From NCBI GenBank assembly GCA_965208615.1, contig CBDBPB010000001.1, positions 224,001-288,000 on the forward strand: a stretch of DNA of 64,000 nucleotides, written 5' to 3'. Each line of letters opens with the position of its first letter. The first letter of the stretch is position 1. Shown here piece after piece: positions 21,379 through 32,354 of this stretch. A program made the position numbers and the translations under genes. A model generated the notes under the pieces. That model made no database searches. It saw only the letters and a list, made by a program, of their open reading frames with translations, and was not told where the DNA came from. This stretch comes from Spirochaetota bacterium (GTDB taxonomy: Bacteria; Spirochaetota; UBA6919; CBDBPB01).

Positions 21379-21560
21379 ATCCTCGTTTCCTCCATATATT
21401 TCCTATATATTACTTGTATATTACTTGTAAAGTAAAAATAATAAAAATAAATTATGAGTCAATCCAAAGGTAGTTAAGGAAGTTTAAATAAAATAATTTT
21501 TTTAATTTTATAAATAAAGTCTTTAAGAGAGTAAAGCGCTAAAGCATATTCAAAGCTAAA

Positions 21561-23405
21561 CTATCTAATATCGAGTTTCAAAGTATTTTTTTCAGTTTTA
21601 AACCTATCACTAAGCTCCTTTAACTGCAACACAACTTTTTCATTAGTGTTAGTATAATCAGATAAGCTTTCCATATTCCTTGCAATAGAGTCAGAGTGCC
21701 TTGTTTGTTCTTGAAGGGATGATGTTATACTTGTTGCATAGTCTTTAATTTTCTGAACAGCGTTTATAACTGCTTCACTTTTATCTTGACTTTTTTCTGC
21801 ATTATTTTTTATTCTAGTAGTTAGGTTAGTCAACTCATCAATAAAGCCTAGCACCTCATTAGCCTCTTCTGTAACATCTTTCATCCCAAAAGTAATTTCC
21901 TTAATATAATCAACAGTTATATTAGTATTCTCCAAAATAATATTAAGTGCATCATATGACTGACTTGACAGTTCAGCACTATCTTCTATTCTCTTAACAG
22001 TTCTCTTTATAAGGCCAATAATCTCTTTGGATGCCTCACCAGTAGTCTCTGCAAGTTTTCTAACCTCATCGGCTACAACGGCAAAGCCTTTTCCGTATTG
22101 TCCGGCATGAGCGGCCTCAATAGCGGCATTCATAGCAAGTAAATTAGTCTGTTCTGAAATACCATCAATTACGTTTATAATCTCTTGTATTTTTGAGGAG
22201 TCCTTTTGTATTTCACGAATACTTGATAGTGTGTCAGATACAGTCTTGGCGCCCCCTTTTGCTACATTTTGCAATCCAATAGCGGCTTTATCAACTTTTT
22301 CTGAGTGCTTAGCAATACCCTTAAACTGTCCAAGCATATTCTTTATAGTATATCCAGTAGTTATAATTGACGATGTTTGACTTTCAATATCCCCAGCCAT
22401 TTTCTTCATTAAATCAACCATACTAGTAGTCATATCCATAGCTTGTATTACATTATCATCTTGAGCCTCAGCACTCTTGTTAATCTCTTTAACCTTACCC
22501 ATTATATTACCAATATCATTTGAGCTTTGTTCTGTAAAGTTCAAAATACTACTACTAGAGTTCTTAACGTGAACTATACCATCTTTCAGACTGTCAACTA
22601 AGCTCTTTATCATAAAAAGAAATTTATTAAACGAAGTAGCAAGTATGCCAAAAGTATCACTAGAGCCTGTAGGAAGCTCAACAGTAAGATCTCCTTCTCC
22701 ACTAGCAATATCCTTTAGTGCCAGATCAAACCTCTTAACGCTCCTGTGTACATAAGTCAGTATAATATAAATACTAAACATAATTGCAATAGCAAGTAAT
22801 AACGAAAATATTAAAAACACAGTATTAACATTATCCTTTACCCTAATAATAGCTTTATTAAGCTGACTACTAAGTCTAAAAATAGTCTTCATAGCTATAT
22901 AACTAGCATCATGATAAAAGTGATCTATATCTATATTATTATTTAGATGACGACTTATTAATTTACGAAAGTCAGAAATCTCCATTTCTTGTTGCTTTAA
23001 TATGTTTATAGCCTTATTAAACTCATTATTAAAAATAACTTTAAAAAATAAGGACTCAACATAACCAGTTATTGGATTATAAATAACGTCTTTAGTAGTA
23101 TCAATAATATTATCCATCTCATCCAAAATCTCTAAAATACTGCCATCTCGTATAATGTCCTCATGTTTACTATAATTATGCCTATGTACTATAATTCTCT
23201 TATTTTTATATAAGTTATATTGGGTTATTTTATCTTTTAGCGACAGGATAAATGTAACGTTATTCCGCTCTAACTGTACTAAGTCTGTAGTTTTGCTTAA
23301 TATAAGAAAACCAATGGTCTCTATAATAATCAATATTATAACCATAATAGTAACTATTCTAAACTTAGTTTTTAGTTTAACCTTTTGAATGTATTTCTCA
23401 AGCAT
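21561..23405 (-). CDS. Methyl-accepting chemotaxis protein
   Basis: Two TMs, HAMP (GEGDLT), signalling tip QTNLLAMNAAIEAAHAG..GKGFAVVADEVRKLAE. Confidence 0.95.
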   Translation of the reverse strand: MLEKYIQKVKLKTKFRIVTIMVIILIIIETIGFLILSKTTDLVQLERNNVTFILSLKDKITQYNLYKNKRIIVHRHNYSKHEDIIRDGSILEILDEMDNIIDTTKDVIYNPITGYVESLFFKVIFNNEFNKAINILKQQEMEISDFRKLISRHLNNNIDIDHFYHDASYIAMKTIFRLSSQLNKAIIRVKDNVNTVFLIFSLLLAIAIMFSIYIILTYVHRSVKRFDLALKDIASGEGDLTVELPTGSSDTFGILATSFNKFLFMIKSLVDSLKDGIVHVKNSSSSILNFTEQSSNDIGNIMGKVKEINKSAEAQDDNVIQAMDMTTSMVDLMKKMAGDIESQTSSIITTGYTIKNMLGQFKGIAKHSEKVDKAAIGLQNVAKGGAKTVSDTLSSIREIQKDSSKIQEIINVIDGISEQTNLLAMNAAIEAAHAGQYGKGFAVVADEVRKLAETTGEASKEIIGLIKRTVKRIEDSAELSSQSYDALNIILENTNITVDYIKEITFGMKDVTEEANEVLGFIDELTNLTTRIKNNAEKSQDKSEAVINAVQKIKDYATSITSSLQEQTRHSDSIARNMESLSDYTNTNEKVVLQLKELSDRFKTEKNTLKLDIR

Positions 23406-23569
23406 AAAAGACTCCTACGTATAATATAACTGAAATAATACTTAAACCGAGTTAAATAATATTATAATTATTAAAAATGTTATAATTGTACTAAAAAGTT
23501 AACAAATTGCAAATATATTTTAAATCTATATAACTTTTTTAATTCCTAGTATTATAAATAGAATGCTTA

Positions 23570-23598
23570 TTGACAATATATAACTTTTTTTATATACT
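23570..23598 (+). promoter_or_regulatory. sigma70 promoter for argS
   Basis: TTGACA-17 nt-TATACT. Confidence 0.75.
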
Positions 23599-23648
23599 TA
23601 TCCCTTTAATAACAATAAGTTAACTAAAATTGGAGCTAAGAATAAACT

Positions 23649-25361
23649 GTGGAACACTATATCAAAAACGAAATTGTAAAAATCCTAAATAATAGCATAC
23701 CCCTAACAAATCAGGATATATATAACCTTATAGAAATACCTCCTAAAAAAGATATGGGGGATTATGCTTTTCCTTGTTTTCCGTTAGCAAAGGTTTTAAA
23801 GGCTCCCCCTATTAAGATTGCTAAAGAATTAGTGGAAAAGTTATCTCCATCAAGCCTTTTTAACAATATAAAATCTATAGGACCATATATTAACTTTTAC
23901 CTTGATCAGGTATCCTATACTAACTTGGTACTCAATAATGTTTTAAGCAAAGACTATAATCCAAAGAACATTGGCAAAAATAAAACCGTAGTAATAGATT
24001 TCTCATCACCTAATATTGCTAAACCTTTTTCTATAGCACATCTACGATCTACGTCTATTGGTAATTCTCTTTCAAAAATATTTAGTTATTTAGGATATAA
24101 TGTAGTTTGCATTAACCACCTTGGTGATTGGGGAACATCATTTGGTAAGCTAATCACTGCATATAAACATTGGGGCAATGATAATAACTTAATATCCATT
24201 AAGTATTTACTAAGTTTATTTGTTAAGTTCCACCGCGAGGCTGAAAATAACCCATCCTTAGATGATGAGGCAAGAAACTGGTTTAGACGTCTTGAACACA
24301 AGGATAAAGAAGCACTTATACTATGGGATAGGTTTAAAAGTATAAGCCTAGAAGAGTTTAAGCGTATGTATAAAATATTAAACGTCGACTTTGACTACTA
24401 CTGGGGAGAAAGCTATTATCAGGATAAAATTGAGGATACTATAACTAAGCTAAATAAAAAGGGATTGATCAGCAAAAGTCAAGGTGCAGAAATTATACTT
24501 TTAGATGATATGCCGCCTGTTTTATTAAAAAAGCAGGATGGTGCTACTTTATACGCCACTAGGGATATTACTGCTAGTATTTATCGCAAGGAAAGGCTTA
24601 ACTTTGATAAAATGATTTATGTTGTTGGAGCCGAACAAAACTTACATTTTAAGCAAATATTTAAGGTACTCGAGATTATGGGTAATGAGTGGGTTAAAGA
24701 TTGTCATCATGTAAGTTTCGGACTTATACAGTTTAAGCAAGGAAAAATGTCAACAAGAAAAGGACAAATAATCTTTTTAGAAGACGTAATTGATAATGCG
24801 GCAAAGCTGGCATTGGATAAAATTAATGAAAGTGATTCTGACATTAAAAGAAATAATATAACTGATGAGGAAAAAAAACAAAGAGCATTAAAAGTTGGAA
24901 TAAGTTCAGTAGTCTTTTTCGATCTAAAAAATGGACGACAAAAAGATATTATATTCGATTGGAAAGAAATACTTAATCCAAAGGGTGAAACTGGTATATA
25001 TTTACAGTATGCTCATGCGAGGTTATGCGGTATTATTAAAAACTTCGAAAAAGATATTGGAAAAGCAGATAAACATCATAGCATAAAAATTACCGAAAAT
25101 AACTCTTTTAACATTGCTAAGGTTTTATCTACGTTTAATAGCAAGGTTATGTTTGCCTCTGAGAATATGGAACCATCCATTATTGCCAGATATTTACTAG
25201 ATTTGGCCCAGGTATTTAGTTCATACTACCGCATAAATAAGGTTATCAATAAAGATGACCATCTTCTCAGCAAGGAACGGCTTATTACTGTATTAGCTGT
25301 TAAAAAGGTGTTATCCAGTGGATTAAGGTTATTGGGTATTGAGCCTTTAGAAGAAATGTAA
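23649..25361 (+). CDS. argS: Arginine--tRNA ligase
   Basis: GDYAFPCF, DFSSPNIAKP, NHLGDWG, KMSTRKG, YLQYAHAR, LLGI.P.E.M. Confidence 0.97.
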   Translation: MEHYIKNEIVKILNNSIPLTNQDIYNLIEIPPKKDMGDYAFPCFPLAKVLKAPPIKIAKELVEKLSPSSLFNNIKSIGPYINFYLDQVSYTNLVLNNVLSKDYNPKNIGKNKTVVIDFSSPNIAKPFSIAHLRSTSIGNSLSKIFSYLGYNVVCINHLGDWGTSFGKLITAYKHWGNDNNLISIKYLLSLFVKFHREAENNPSLDDEARNWFRRLEHKDKEALILWDRFKSISLEEFKRMYKILNVDFDYYWGESYYQDKIEDTITKLNKKGLISKSQGAEIILLDDMPPVLLKKQDGATLYATRDITASIYRKERLNFDKMIYVVGAEQNLHFKQIFKVLEIMGNEWVKDCHHVSFGLIQFKQGKMSTRKGQIIFLEDVIDNAAKLALDKINESDSDIKRNNITDEEKKQRALKVGISSVVFFDLKNGRQKDIIFDWKEILNPKGETGIYLQYAHARLCGIIKNFEKDIGKADKHHSIKITENNSFNIAKVLSTFNSKVMFASENMEPSIIARYLLDLAQVFSSYYRINKVINKDDHLLSKERLITVLAVKKVLSSGLRLLGIEPLEEM

Positions 25362-25492
25362 AATACATATATTATGTTAATTAATAAAGGTCTTTTGCCT
25401 TTGGATATGTGTATTATAAAAATAATTTTTTTGGTTAAATAATATACTGTTATACCGAAGTCAAAACTAAAACATACTTGAGGATTATATTT

Positions 25493-25705
25493 ATGGAGCA
25501 TGCTAATTATCTTTATTATTGCGGTGTTCTTCGCAACTTGTATAAACACAAAAACTATAACAATGATAACCTAAATCGAGCCATAAAAGCAATAAACGAG
25601 AAATTAAAAGAATTTGAAACTGCTCCAAAAAAAAACTACATTAGTAAACTTCTTCAAGAACATTATAAAAAAAACCTACCAGAGGCTATTGGCTTAAAGT
25701 TATAA
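25493..25705 (+). CDS. Small hypothetical protein
   Basis: ORF track 25478-25705; ATG 25493 follows GAGGA. Confidence 0.5.
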   Translation: MEHANYLYYCGVLRNLYKHKNYNNDNLNRAIKAINEKLKEFETAPKKNYISKLLQEHYKKNLPEAIGLKL

Positions 25706-25834
25706 CTAATTAACCAATTAAAACATAACTTAAAGCTAATAACAAGGCTTATTGAAATATAGTATAAATTTTTAGTCAGTTTTAAAGCGTTATGGGTTAT
25801 AATATATGATTCCGTAAACTATTTAGGGTATATA

Positions 25835-28800
25835 ATGTCTTATAATAATTTAGTAAGCAAAATTAAAAATAATAAAGTCATCCCCCTTAAAAAGAGAAAC
25901 CTTAAAAAAGGACATATAATTATATTTATTATCTTAATTTTATTTATCCTCATGCATATAGGTATGACGCCAGTAGAAACCAATGCCGATGACCTATATA
26001 TAGTTGCTAATGAAAACTTTAAAGAAATAATAAAAAGAACTCCCACAGAATCCACTTTTAACATGAGAAGCAATAATTTATGGGTAAACCTTGTTTATTA
26101 TAAAGAATATAAACAACATCTAAAGCAATACTTCGATATAAAAAAAGATAGAATGCCAAAACCTAAATATCCACTTATATCAAATATTCTAAAAAGTGTA
26201 TACGATAAGCAAATTCTACCCCCTATCAACCTAATAGAAATAGCTATTTTCTTACGAAAAACTCTAGGCTCTGGATTAACAATTAAAACAGAAAATAAAA
26301 AGATTGCTGAACAATTCCTTAGTAATATTAGTCACGCTAGATTAGTAAAATTAATTAATAACTATAACAGTAAGTTAAAACAGTATTTCGAGGTTATAGT
26401 AGAACTGAAAAATAAAAAAGAAAGTATAAAAAAAACTTATTATACTGACTTTAAGAGCTTTAACCTTATCATTAAAGACCTAAAAAAACTCTTATCCTAT
26501 GACTTAAAAATACATTCAATAAATATCTATAAAAATCAAGAGGTACTAAACTTCCTAAATCAAAAAAATGATCCACTTGTTTACGACGAAGAAAAAAAAA
26601 CTCATTTATATTATCTCAACCTTAAAAAAGAAAAAAATATATTTAGTCTAATAAATAAACTAAAAAGTAAACTGGCATATAATTATACCTTTGTTTTGGA
26701 AGGAAAAAACAATAATAAACTTATAAAAAAGAGGCTATTTTTCAAATTGGGCAATTATCCTTCTTTTAGTAAGAAACTAATTATAGATAAAAAACAAAAT
26801 ATATCCTTCTACAAACTATCCCTATATGAAAGTAAAATATTAAAACATAGATCAAACTCAAGGGAATTAGTTAATTTTAACCAATTACCAGATAGAATAA
26901 AAAAAGCCTTTATTTTAGTCGAAGATGATGGATTTTACTTTCAAGCAGGAGGTGTAGACCCTATCGGCTTATTAAAAGCCTCTTTTAACTATATAATATT
27001 TGACTCTAAAAAAGGAAATGCAAGTATTATAGAACAAGTATACGAAATGTATTTAGGTTCATCTAAAAAAACTCCCATAGAAAAAATTATTCAGGTTTTT
27101 GGTGCTGTCTATTATAGTTATTATGCTGAAGATCGTAGTGATTATGTTAGATTATATGCTCAGTCAATACCAGGCTCATTTTGGAGAGACCATAACTATG
27201 GTATAAAAGGAATAATTAAAAACTATATGAATAAAGATTCGTTAAAAAATATCTCCAACAGAGAACTTGCTTGGTTAACCAGAATAGCCTTATTACCAAA
27301 TACCATTGGTCAGGACTATGTTCGTTTTTATCTCATCAAAAAAAAGCTTAGTTCTAAGGGTATTGATTTATTTAATGATAAACAGTTAAAAGATTTTATA
27401 TCCAAAAATAATAGTAAAAACAAAAGCTTTATCAGATTAGCAAAAGAAAAAAAACACTCCGATTACGACGTATTACAAAAATTAAAAAAATCTTATAACT
27501 CAGCAAATATTAGAATTAATTCTGCCCTAAAAGACTTCCTAAAGGGCAATATGTTTATGAGTCCTCTTATCTCTAAAAAAGAGTATAAGACAGCATTAAA
27601 AGAAGAAATACATTTTAACTCTCCAACATTCATAAATCAATACCAAAGCTATACCGATCAAACCAAAAAAGACCTAAGTCGCTTATCCTATAAGTCAAAT
27701 ACTTATAATAAAAAAAGTACTAAGATTGACTTTCACAATACCGGAATAAATGTAGAGGTTGCTTTTAATGAACAGGCACAAAAAATATTAAATAACGAAT
27801 TAGAACATAGTACATATATTGTTTATAGATATAGATATAATCCCACTAAGCTAAAGCGATATGGTGGTGCATCTATTTTAGTTAAAACAAATAATATTAA
27901 AACTGGTAAAATTGAAAATAAGATTATTGCTATTACCTCTAAGCATACCAATAATAACTACTTTAACTGGGCAGTTGATGGACAAAGACATTTTGGCTCT
28001 ATATATAAATGGCTTGCTTTGTTGATATATCTGGATAATAATGGCACACTCTTGGATAGCTTTTATGATATACCAAGAGCTATAAAATACCAACTGCTAG
28101 ATAATAACGGCAAACCCATATTAGATGGAAATGGTAAGTTCATACATAGCCTATATACCCCAGATAACTGGAGAGTAAATAGAGATGATATCTATGGCTA
28201 TTTTACTTATACAAAACAAAATAATATATATAACTTTATACAATCCAAAAATAATACCTTTATCAAAATTGCAGAAACGGTTGGCATCAATAAAATATCC
28301 AACTTGTTGAATGAGTTAGCAGGGTTTAAATATATAAAAAATCCTAGGGTTAAATTCCAACCCAGATATCCCATTGTATTAGGCTCCCATGAAATCTCTA
28401 GTATATTGTTTGCTCAAATAAATGCTATTATAGCTAATAAGGGTATTTTTAAACCTCTGACCACCATAAATAAACTAATCCTTAATGGAATAACCTATAG
28501 CATTATATTACCAGAAAAACAAATAGTCTCCCGTGAGGCCGCCGAAGCCGCCTTTTTTTGCGGATATATTAATACCTTTCATGGTACTGCAAAGCGGTTT
28601 ATTAAAGGAGGAGTCGGTAAAACAGGCTCATCAAATACTGATGTATCCTTCCTGGCTATGACTGGTAGAACTAAGGAAGAGTATATAGAGGATAAACCTG
28701 ATCACCTTTTAAATAATAATTTGCTTTATCTTGTTAATATAGGTGTTAATGTTGGGATAATCGATGAAGGACTTTTTGGTGGCGTGTTAGGTGCCTTAAA

Positions 28801-29575
28801 TGCAAAAGAAATATTCAAAAAAATATTAGAATATCACTACGTTAATAAAAAAATAACTCCTAAATATAAAATATCTGGTGATTTTATTAAATACTTTTCC
28901 AAAGAGTTTATATTTAAAGTACCTAGGTATCCAATTAAAATTAATAATAAAATCGTAAAAGTGCCTATAACAAAAGGTAATAAGATTACTTCTGAGGCTT
29001 TTATCCCAAAAAGTAGGCTTAATAAAATTAAAAAGGAATATACAAATCGTAAAGATGCAGAAGTTGAGGAAAAAATTATTAAAGAAATGGCTAAAAATGC
29101 AGGTATACCATATTATAAGCTAAAAAGAAAAGGCTTTGCTTATAGATATGATGAATTTAAAAGAGTTGCCTCATTAAAACTAGAACAACAAAAACTGGGG
29201 TCAAGTTACTTTAGTCTTGGAGAAAGTAGTAACAGTAATGAGTCTTCACAAAACTCACTATATAAAAATAGTAGTAATAATACTAGTAACTTTATTCTTG
29301 ATACTTATGTCAATGAACTAGAAAATGAAAACCTATCTAATAACAATGATAAAAAGTCTAATAGTAATAAAAAGTCTAATAGTAATAAAAAGTCTAATAG
29401 CAATAAAAAGTCTAATAGTAATAAAAAGTCTAATAGCAATAAAAAGTCTAATAGCAATAAAAAGTCTAATAGCAATAAAAAGCCTAATAGCAATAAAAAG
29501 TCTAATAGTAATAAAAAACCTAATAGTGATAAAAAGTCTAATAGTGATAAAAAGTCTAATAGCAATAAAAAATAA
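25835..29575 (+). CDS. Large class A penicillin-binding protein (transglycosylase + transpeptidase) with a repetitive tail
   Basis: N-terminal TM; TG motif AF..VEDDGFY..GGVD; TP motifs GSIYK (SxxK), SKN (SxN), KTG. Confidence 0.82.
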   Translation: MSYNNLVSKIKNNKVIPLKKRNLKKGHIIIFIILILFILMHIGMTPVETNADDLYIVANENFKEIIKRTPTESTFNMRSNNLWVNLVYYKEYKQHLKQYFDIKKDRMPKPKYPLISNILKSVYDKQILPPINLIEIAIFLRKTLGSGLTIKTENKKIAEQFLSNISHARLVKLINNYNSKLKQYFEVIVELKNKKESIKKTYYTDFKSFNLIIKDLKKLLSYDLKIHSINIYKNQEVLNFLNQKNDPLVYDEEKKTHLYYLNLKKEKNIFSLINKLKSKLAYNYTFVLEGKNNNKLIKKRLFFKLGNYPSFSKKLIIDKKQNISFYKLSLYESKILKHRSNSRELVNFNQLPDRIKKAFILVEDDGFYFQAGGVDPIGLLKASFNYIIFDSKKGNASIIEQVYEMYLGSSKKTPIEKIIQVFGAVYYSYYAEDRSDYVRLYAQSIPGSFWRDHNYGIKGIIKNYMNKDSLKNISNRELAWLTRIALLPNTIGQDYVRFYLIKKKLSSKGIDLFNDKQLKDFISKNNSKNKSFIRLAKEKKHSDYDVLQKLKKSYNSANIRINSALKDFLKGNMFMSPLISKKEYKTALKEEIHFNSPTFINQYQSYTDQTKKDLSRLSYKSNTYNKKSTKIDFHNTGINVEVAFNEQAQKILNNELEHSTYIVYRYRYNPTKLKRYGGASILVKTNNIKTGKIENKIIAITSKHTNNNYFNWAVDGQRHFGSIYKWLALLIYLDNNGTLLDSFYDIPRAIKYQLLDNNGKPILDGNGKFIHSLYTPDNWRVNRDDIYGYFTYTKQNNIYNFIQSKNNTFIKIAETVGINKISNLLNELAGFKYIKNPRVKFQPRYPIVLGSHEISSILFAQINAIIANKGIFKPLTTINKLILNGITYSIILPEKQIVSREAAEAAFFCGYINTFHGTAKRFIKGGVGKTGSSNTDVSFLAMTGRTKEEYIEDKPDHLLNNNLLYLVNIGVNVGIIDEGLFGGVLGALNAKEIFKKILEYHYVNKKITPKYKISGDFIKYFSKEFIFKVPRYPIKINNKIVKVPITKGNKITSEAFIPKSRLNKIKKEYTNRKDAEVEEKIIKEMAKNAGIPYYKLKRKGFAYRYDEFKRVASLKLEQQKLGSSYFSLGESSNSNESSQNSLYKNSSNNTSNFILDTYVNELENENLSNNNDKKSNSNKKSNSNKKSNSNKKSNSNKKSNSNKKSNSNKKSNSNKKPNSNKKSNSNKKPNSDKKSNSDKKSNSNKK
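29351..29572 (+). repeat. 18-bp tandem repeat, about 12.3 copies, encoding KK(S/P)NS(N/D)
   Basis: AAAAAGTCTAATAG(T/C)AAT units read directly. Confidence 0.95.
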
Positions 29576-29771
29576 CTATTGTTATTTTTTATCATTCTAA
29601 TATCCTAAAAGTTAAACTTATTATATCAATATATAATTAAAGTTAAGAATTCACTATTTCCTTGTGGAATAAGAAATTATCAACTTATGTATGCACCTTG
29701 TGGATATAAAAAGAATATCAAAACATCTAATTTGACGCTAACCATAAAAAAAAATATATTAAGGAGATATC

Positions 29772-30758
29772 ATGGAAATCCATAATGTAAAAAGTATTTC
29801 AATAGTTGTTCCGTTTTATAATGAAGAGGGTAACCTATATGCAGTTTATGAGTCTATTAAAGATACCGTTGAAGCATTAAATTTAAGTTATGAGATTATT
29901 TTCGTTGATGATGGTAGTATTGATAAAACATACAAATATATGAAAGAAATATCCGAACAAGATCGTAGATTAAAAATCGTAAAACTACAATTTAACTGTG
30001 GTCAAACTGCAGCCATGCAAGCTGGATTCGATATTGCACAAAATGACGTTATTATACCTATGGATGGAGATTTACAAAACGATCCCAAGGATATTTTAAG
30101 ACTCCTTGAGAAAATAGAAGAAGGATATGACGTAGTTAGTGGATGGCGTAAAAATAGAAAAGATAAATTTATTACTAGAACTCTACCATCATTAATAGCA
30201 AATAAAGTAATATCTTATTTTGGTAAAGTTCCGCTTCACGACTACGGATGCTCCCTTAAGGCATACAGAAAAGAAATCCTAGACCACATTTCACTGTATG
30301 GAGAAATGCATAGATTTATCCCCATATATACATCAAGAGTAGGAGGTAAAGTTACTGAAATACCTGTTAATCATCGCCCTAGAACTGTAGGAAAATCAAA
30401 ATATGGTATCTCTCGCTCTATAAAAGTTATACTCGATCTAATTACTATTATGTTTTTTGGTAAGTATGCAACTAAACCTAACCATTTTTTTGGTATGATT
30501 GGTTTAGGAGCTTTTTTTATATCTTTTATATCCGTTTTTTACGTGATTTATAATCAAACTGTACATAGTAAAACTATTATTGAAAGTCCGATATTTCACT
30601 TTGCTATTATGTGTTTTTTATTAGGATGTCAATTTATCCTGATGGGCCTATTAGGAGAGATATTAATAAGAACATATCACGAATCCCAAAAGAAAAAGCC
30701 ATATATTATTTCTAGTACCATTAATTTGTCTAAGGGACAGCGTGAAGAACTCCAATAA
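29772..30758 (+). CDS. GT2 glycosyltransferase (ArnC/GtrB-like)
   Basis: SIVVP.YNEE, VDDGS.D, GQTAA..AGF, MDGDLQNDP, LYGEMHRFIP, two C-terminal TMs. Confidence 0.93.
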   Translation: MEIHNVKSISIVVPFYNEEGNLYAVYESIKDTVEALNLSYEIIFVDDGSIDKTYKYMKEISEQDRRLKIVKLQFNCGQTAAMQAGFDIAQNDVIIPMDGDLQNDPKDILRLLEKIEEGYDVVSGWRKNRKDKFITRTLPSLIANKVISYFGKVPLHDYGCSLKAYRKEILDHISLYGEMHRFIPIYTSRVGGKVTEIPVNHRPRTVGKSKYGISRSIKVILDLITIMFFGKYATKPNHFFGMIGLGAFFISFISVFYVIYNQTVHSKTIIESPIFHFAIMCFLLGCQFILMGLLGEILIRTYHESQKKKPYIISSTINLSKGQREELQ

Positions 30759-30966
30759 TAAAATTATATTAACTAACAATTACTAATAACCGTTATACTT
30801 TAAAGTTTGTTTAGTTATATTTTATATAAATTACCTTAATAAAAATAGAATTTAGTATTAAGCTTGTCGTTTTTAGTTTTTTTACTATTTTTTATCGTAT
30901 TAATTAATATTAATAGTGTTAACTAAATACTATTAACTATATTATAGCTCTTTAGTTGGGGGAACA

Positions 30967-31188
30967 ATGTCTATTCCGTTAAATAAATTAGTTGACTTAA
31001 CAGATGGTAGGTATAAAATTGCAAAAGCCGCTATGAATAAAATTGCTGATCTGACTAGTATGAACATTAATATTAGAGAAGAAACTGGAGAAAAGTTAGC
31101 TGTATATATTCTCAGACGAATGCTAGAAGGCAACTATACATTCGAACAAATTGATAATAATAACAGCAATAAACAACAAGAAGAATAA
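30967..31188 (+). CDS. rpoZ: RNA polymerase omega subunit (spirochaete-like short form)
   Basis: MSIPL.KL.....RY.IA.AA ... EK....L..ML.G pattern, 73 aa. Confidence 0.6.
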   Translation: MSIPLNKLVDLTDGRYKIAKAAMNKIADLTSMNINIREETGEKLAVYILRRMLEGNYTFEQIDNNNSNKQQEE

Positions 31189-31239
31189 ATTTATACATTT
31201 AAAATACAGATGGCTAAATAGAATTATATAAAAAAATAC

Positions 31240-31584
31240 TTATATAAACTTTGGTACTTTACTACGAGAAAGAAAATCAATGTTTTTAGCTATAATATGC
31301 ACTTTAGATCTATTCTTACCTTCATTTTGCCATCTCCATTGACTAAGAGAACCAATTATTCTAACACCTACACCTTTTCTCAACATATCCATTTTAAAGC
31401 TATTAGACTCAGACCAATAGATAATATCAAAAAAGCTTACTGGTTCTAAGTTAGTATCTTTTTTTGTACCATATCCGTTATTGGCAACAATGAATCTTAT
31501 TATTGTATTTCCATTTTTATTTTTCTTTATTTCTGGATCTTTTACTAAATTACCCTCAATTATGATTAGATTATAATTTTTCAT
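31240..31584 (-). CDS. ssb: Single-stranded DNA-binding protein (short form, no acidic tail)
   Basis: N..II.GNLV.DPE, F.VANN, FFDI..W, LRKG..V.I.GSL.Q.RW...G.NRSKV. Confidence 0.88.
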   Translation of the reverse strand: MKNYNLIIIEGNLVKDPEIKKNKNGNTIIRFIVANNGYGTKKDTNLEPVSFFDIIYWSESNSFKMDMLRKGVGVRIIGSLSQWRWQNEGKNRSKVHIIAKNIDFLSRSKVPKFI

Positions 31585-31743
31585 TTATCCCGCCCTTTTG
31601 ACTATAGTATATAACTATTGCTGATAAATATAATTAACAAATAATTTAGTCTAAATCTTAGACTTTATATAAAAAAATAAATTGACGAATTGTTTTAGAT
31701 TTAATAACTTAAGCTCAAAACAATATAAAAATGGAGACAACTT

Positions 31744-32322
31744 ATGAAAGCAATACTATTTGGTCCACCAGGAGGAGGAAAAGGTACTCAAGCAACTTTC
31801 TTAGTGGATAAATATAATATTCCACATATCTCTACTGGTGATATCCTACGTGCCGCAGTAAAAGAGGGTACAACCCTTGGTAAACAGGCTAAACTGATTA
31901 TGGATAAAGGAGAGCTTGTAAGCGATGATATTATTATAAACATAATTAAAGAGCGTATACAGCAAAATGATTGTAAAAAAGGCTTTCTTTTAGATGGCTT
32001 TCCAAGAACCATAACCCAGGGAGAAGCCTTAAACAAGATGTTAAACGAAATAAATACTAAAATCGATTACGTCATATATATAGACGTAAACGATGATAAC
32101 CTTATTCAAAGACTTTTAGGGCGTGCTCAAAAAGAGGGTAGAAGCGATGATAACGAAAATACCATTAAAAAAAGAATAAGTGTTTATAAAGATCAAACCC
32201 TACCATTAAAGGACTACTATAAACAAAAAGGAATTTTAAAAGAAATTAATGGTATTGGTACTATAAGCGATATTACCAAGAGGATAATGGATAAAATAGG
32301 CGAAGTTTCTTATAAAAAGTAG
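31744..32322 (+). CDS. adk: Adenylate kinase (short LID)
   Basis: GPPGGGKGTQA, HISTGD.LR, GFLLDGFPRT, GRSDD. Confidence 0.97.
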   Translation: MKAILFGPPGGGKGTQATFLVDKYNIPHISTGDILRAAVKEGTTLGKQAKLIMDKGELVSDDIIINIIKERIQQNDCKKGFLLDGFPRTITQGEALNKMLNEINTKIDYVIYIDVNDDNLIQRLLGRAQKEGRSDDNENTIKKRISVYKDQTLPLKDYYKQKGILKEINGIGTISDITKRIMDKIGEVSYKK

Positions 32323-32354
32323 TACCCATAAAAACTAATATAAAAGGATAATAA

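Noticed and set aside
29305-29600. ORFs LLLLDF-repeat (-) and IKSLIV-repeat (+)
   Set aside because: Alternative-frame shadows of the 18-bp VNTR in the PBP gene
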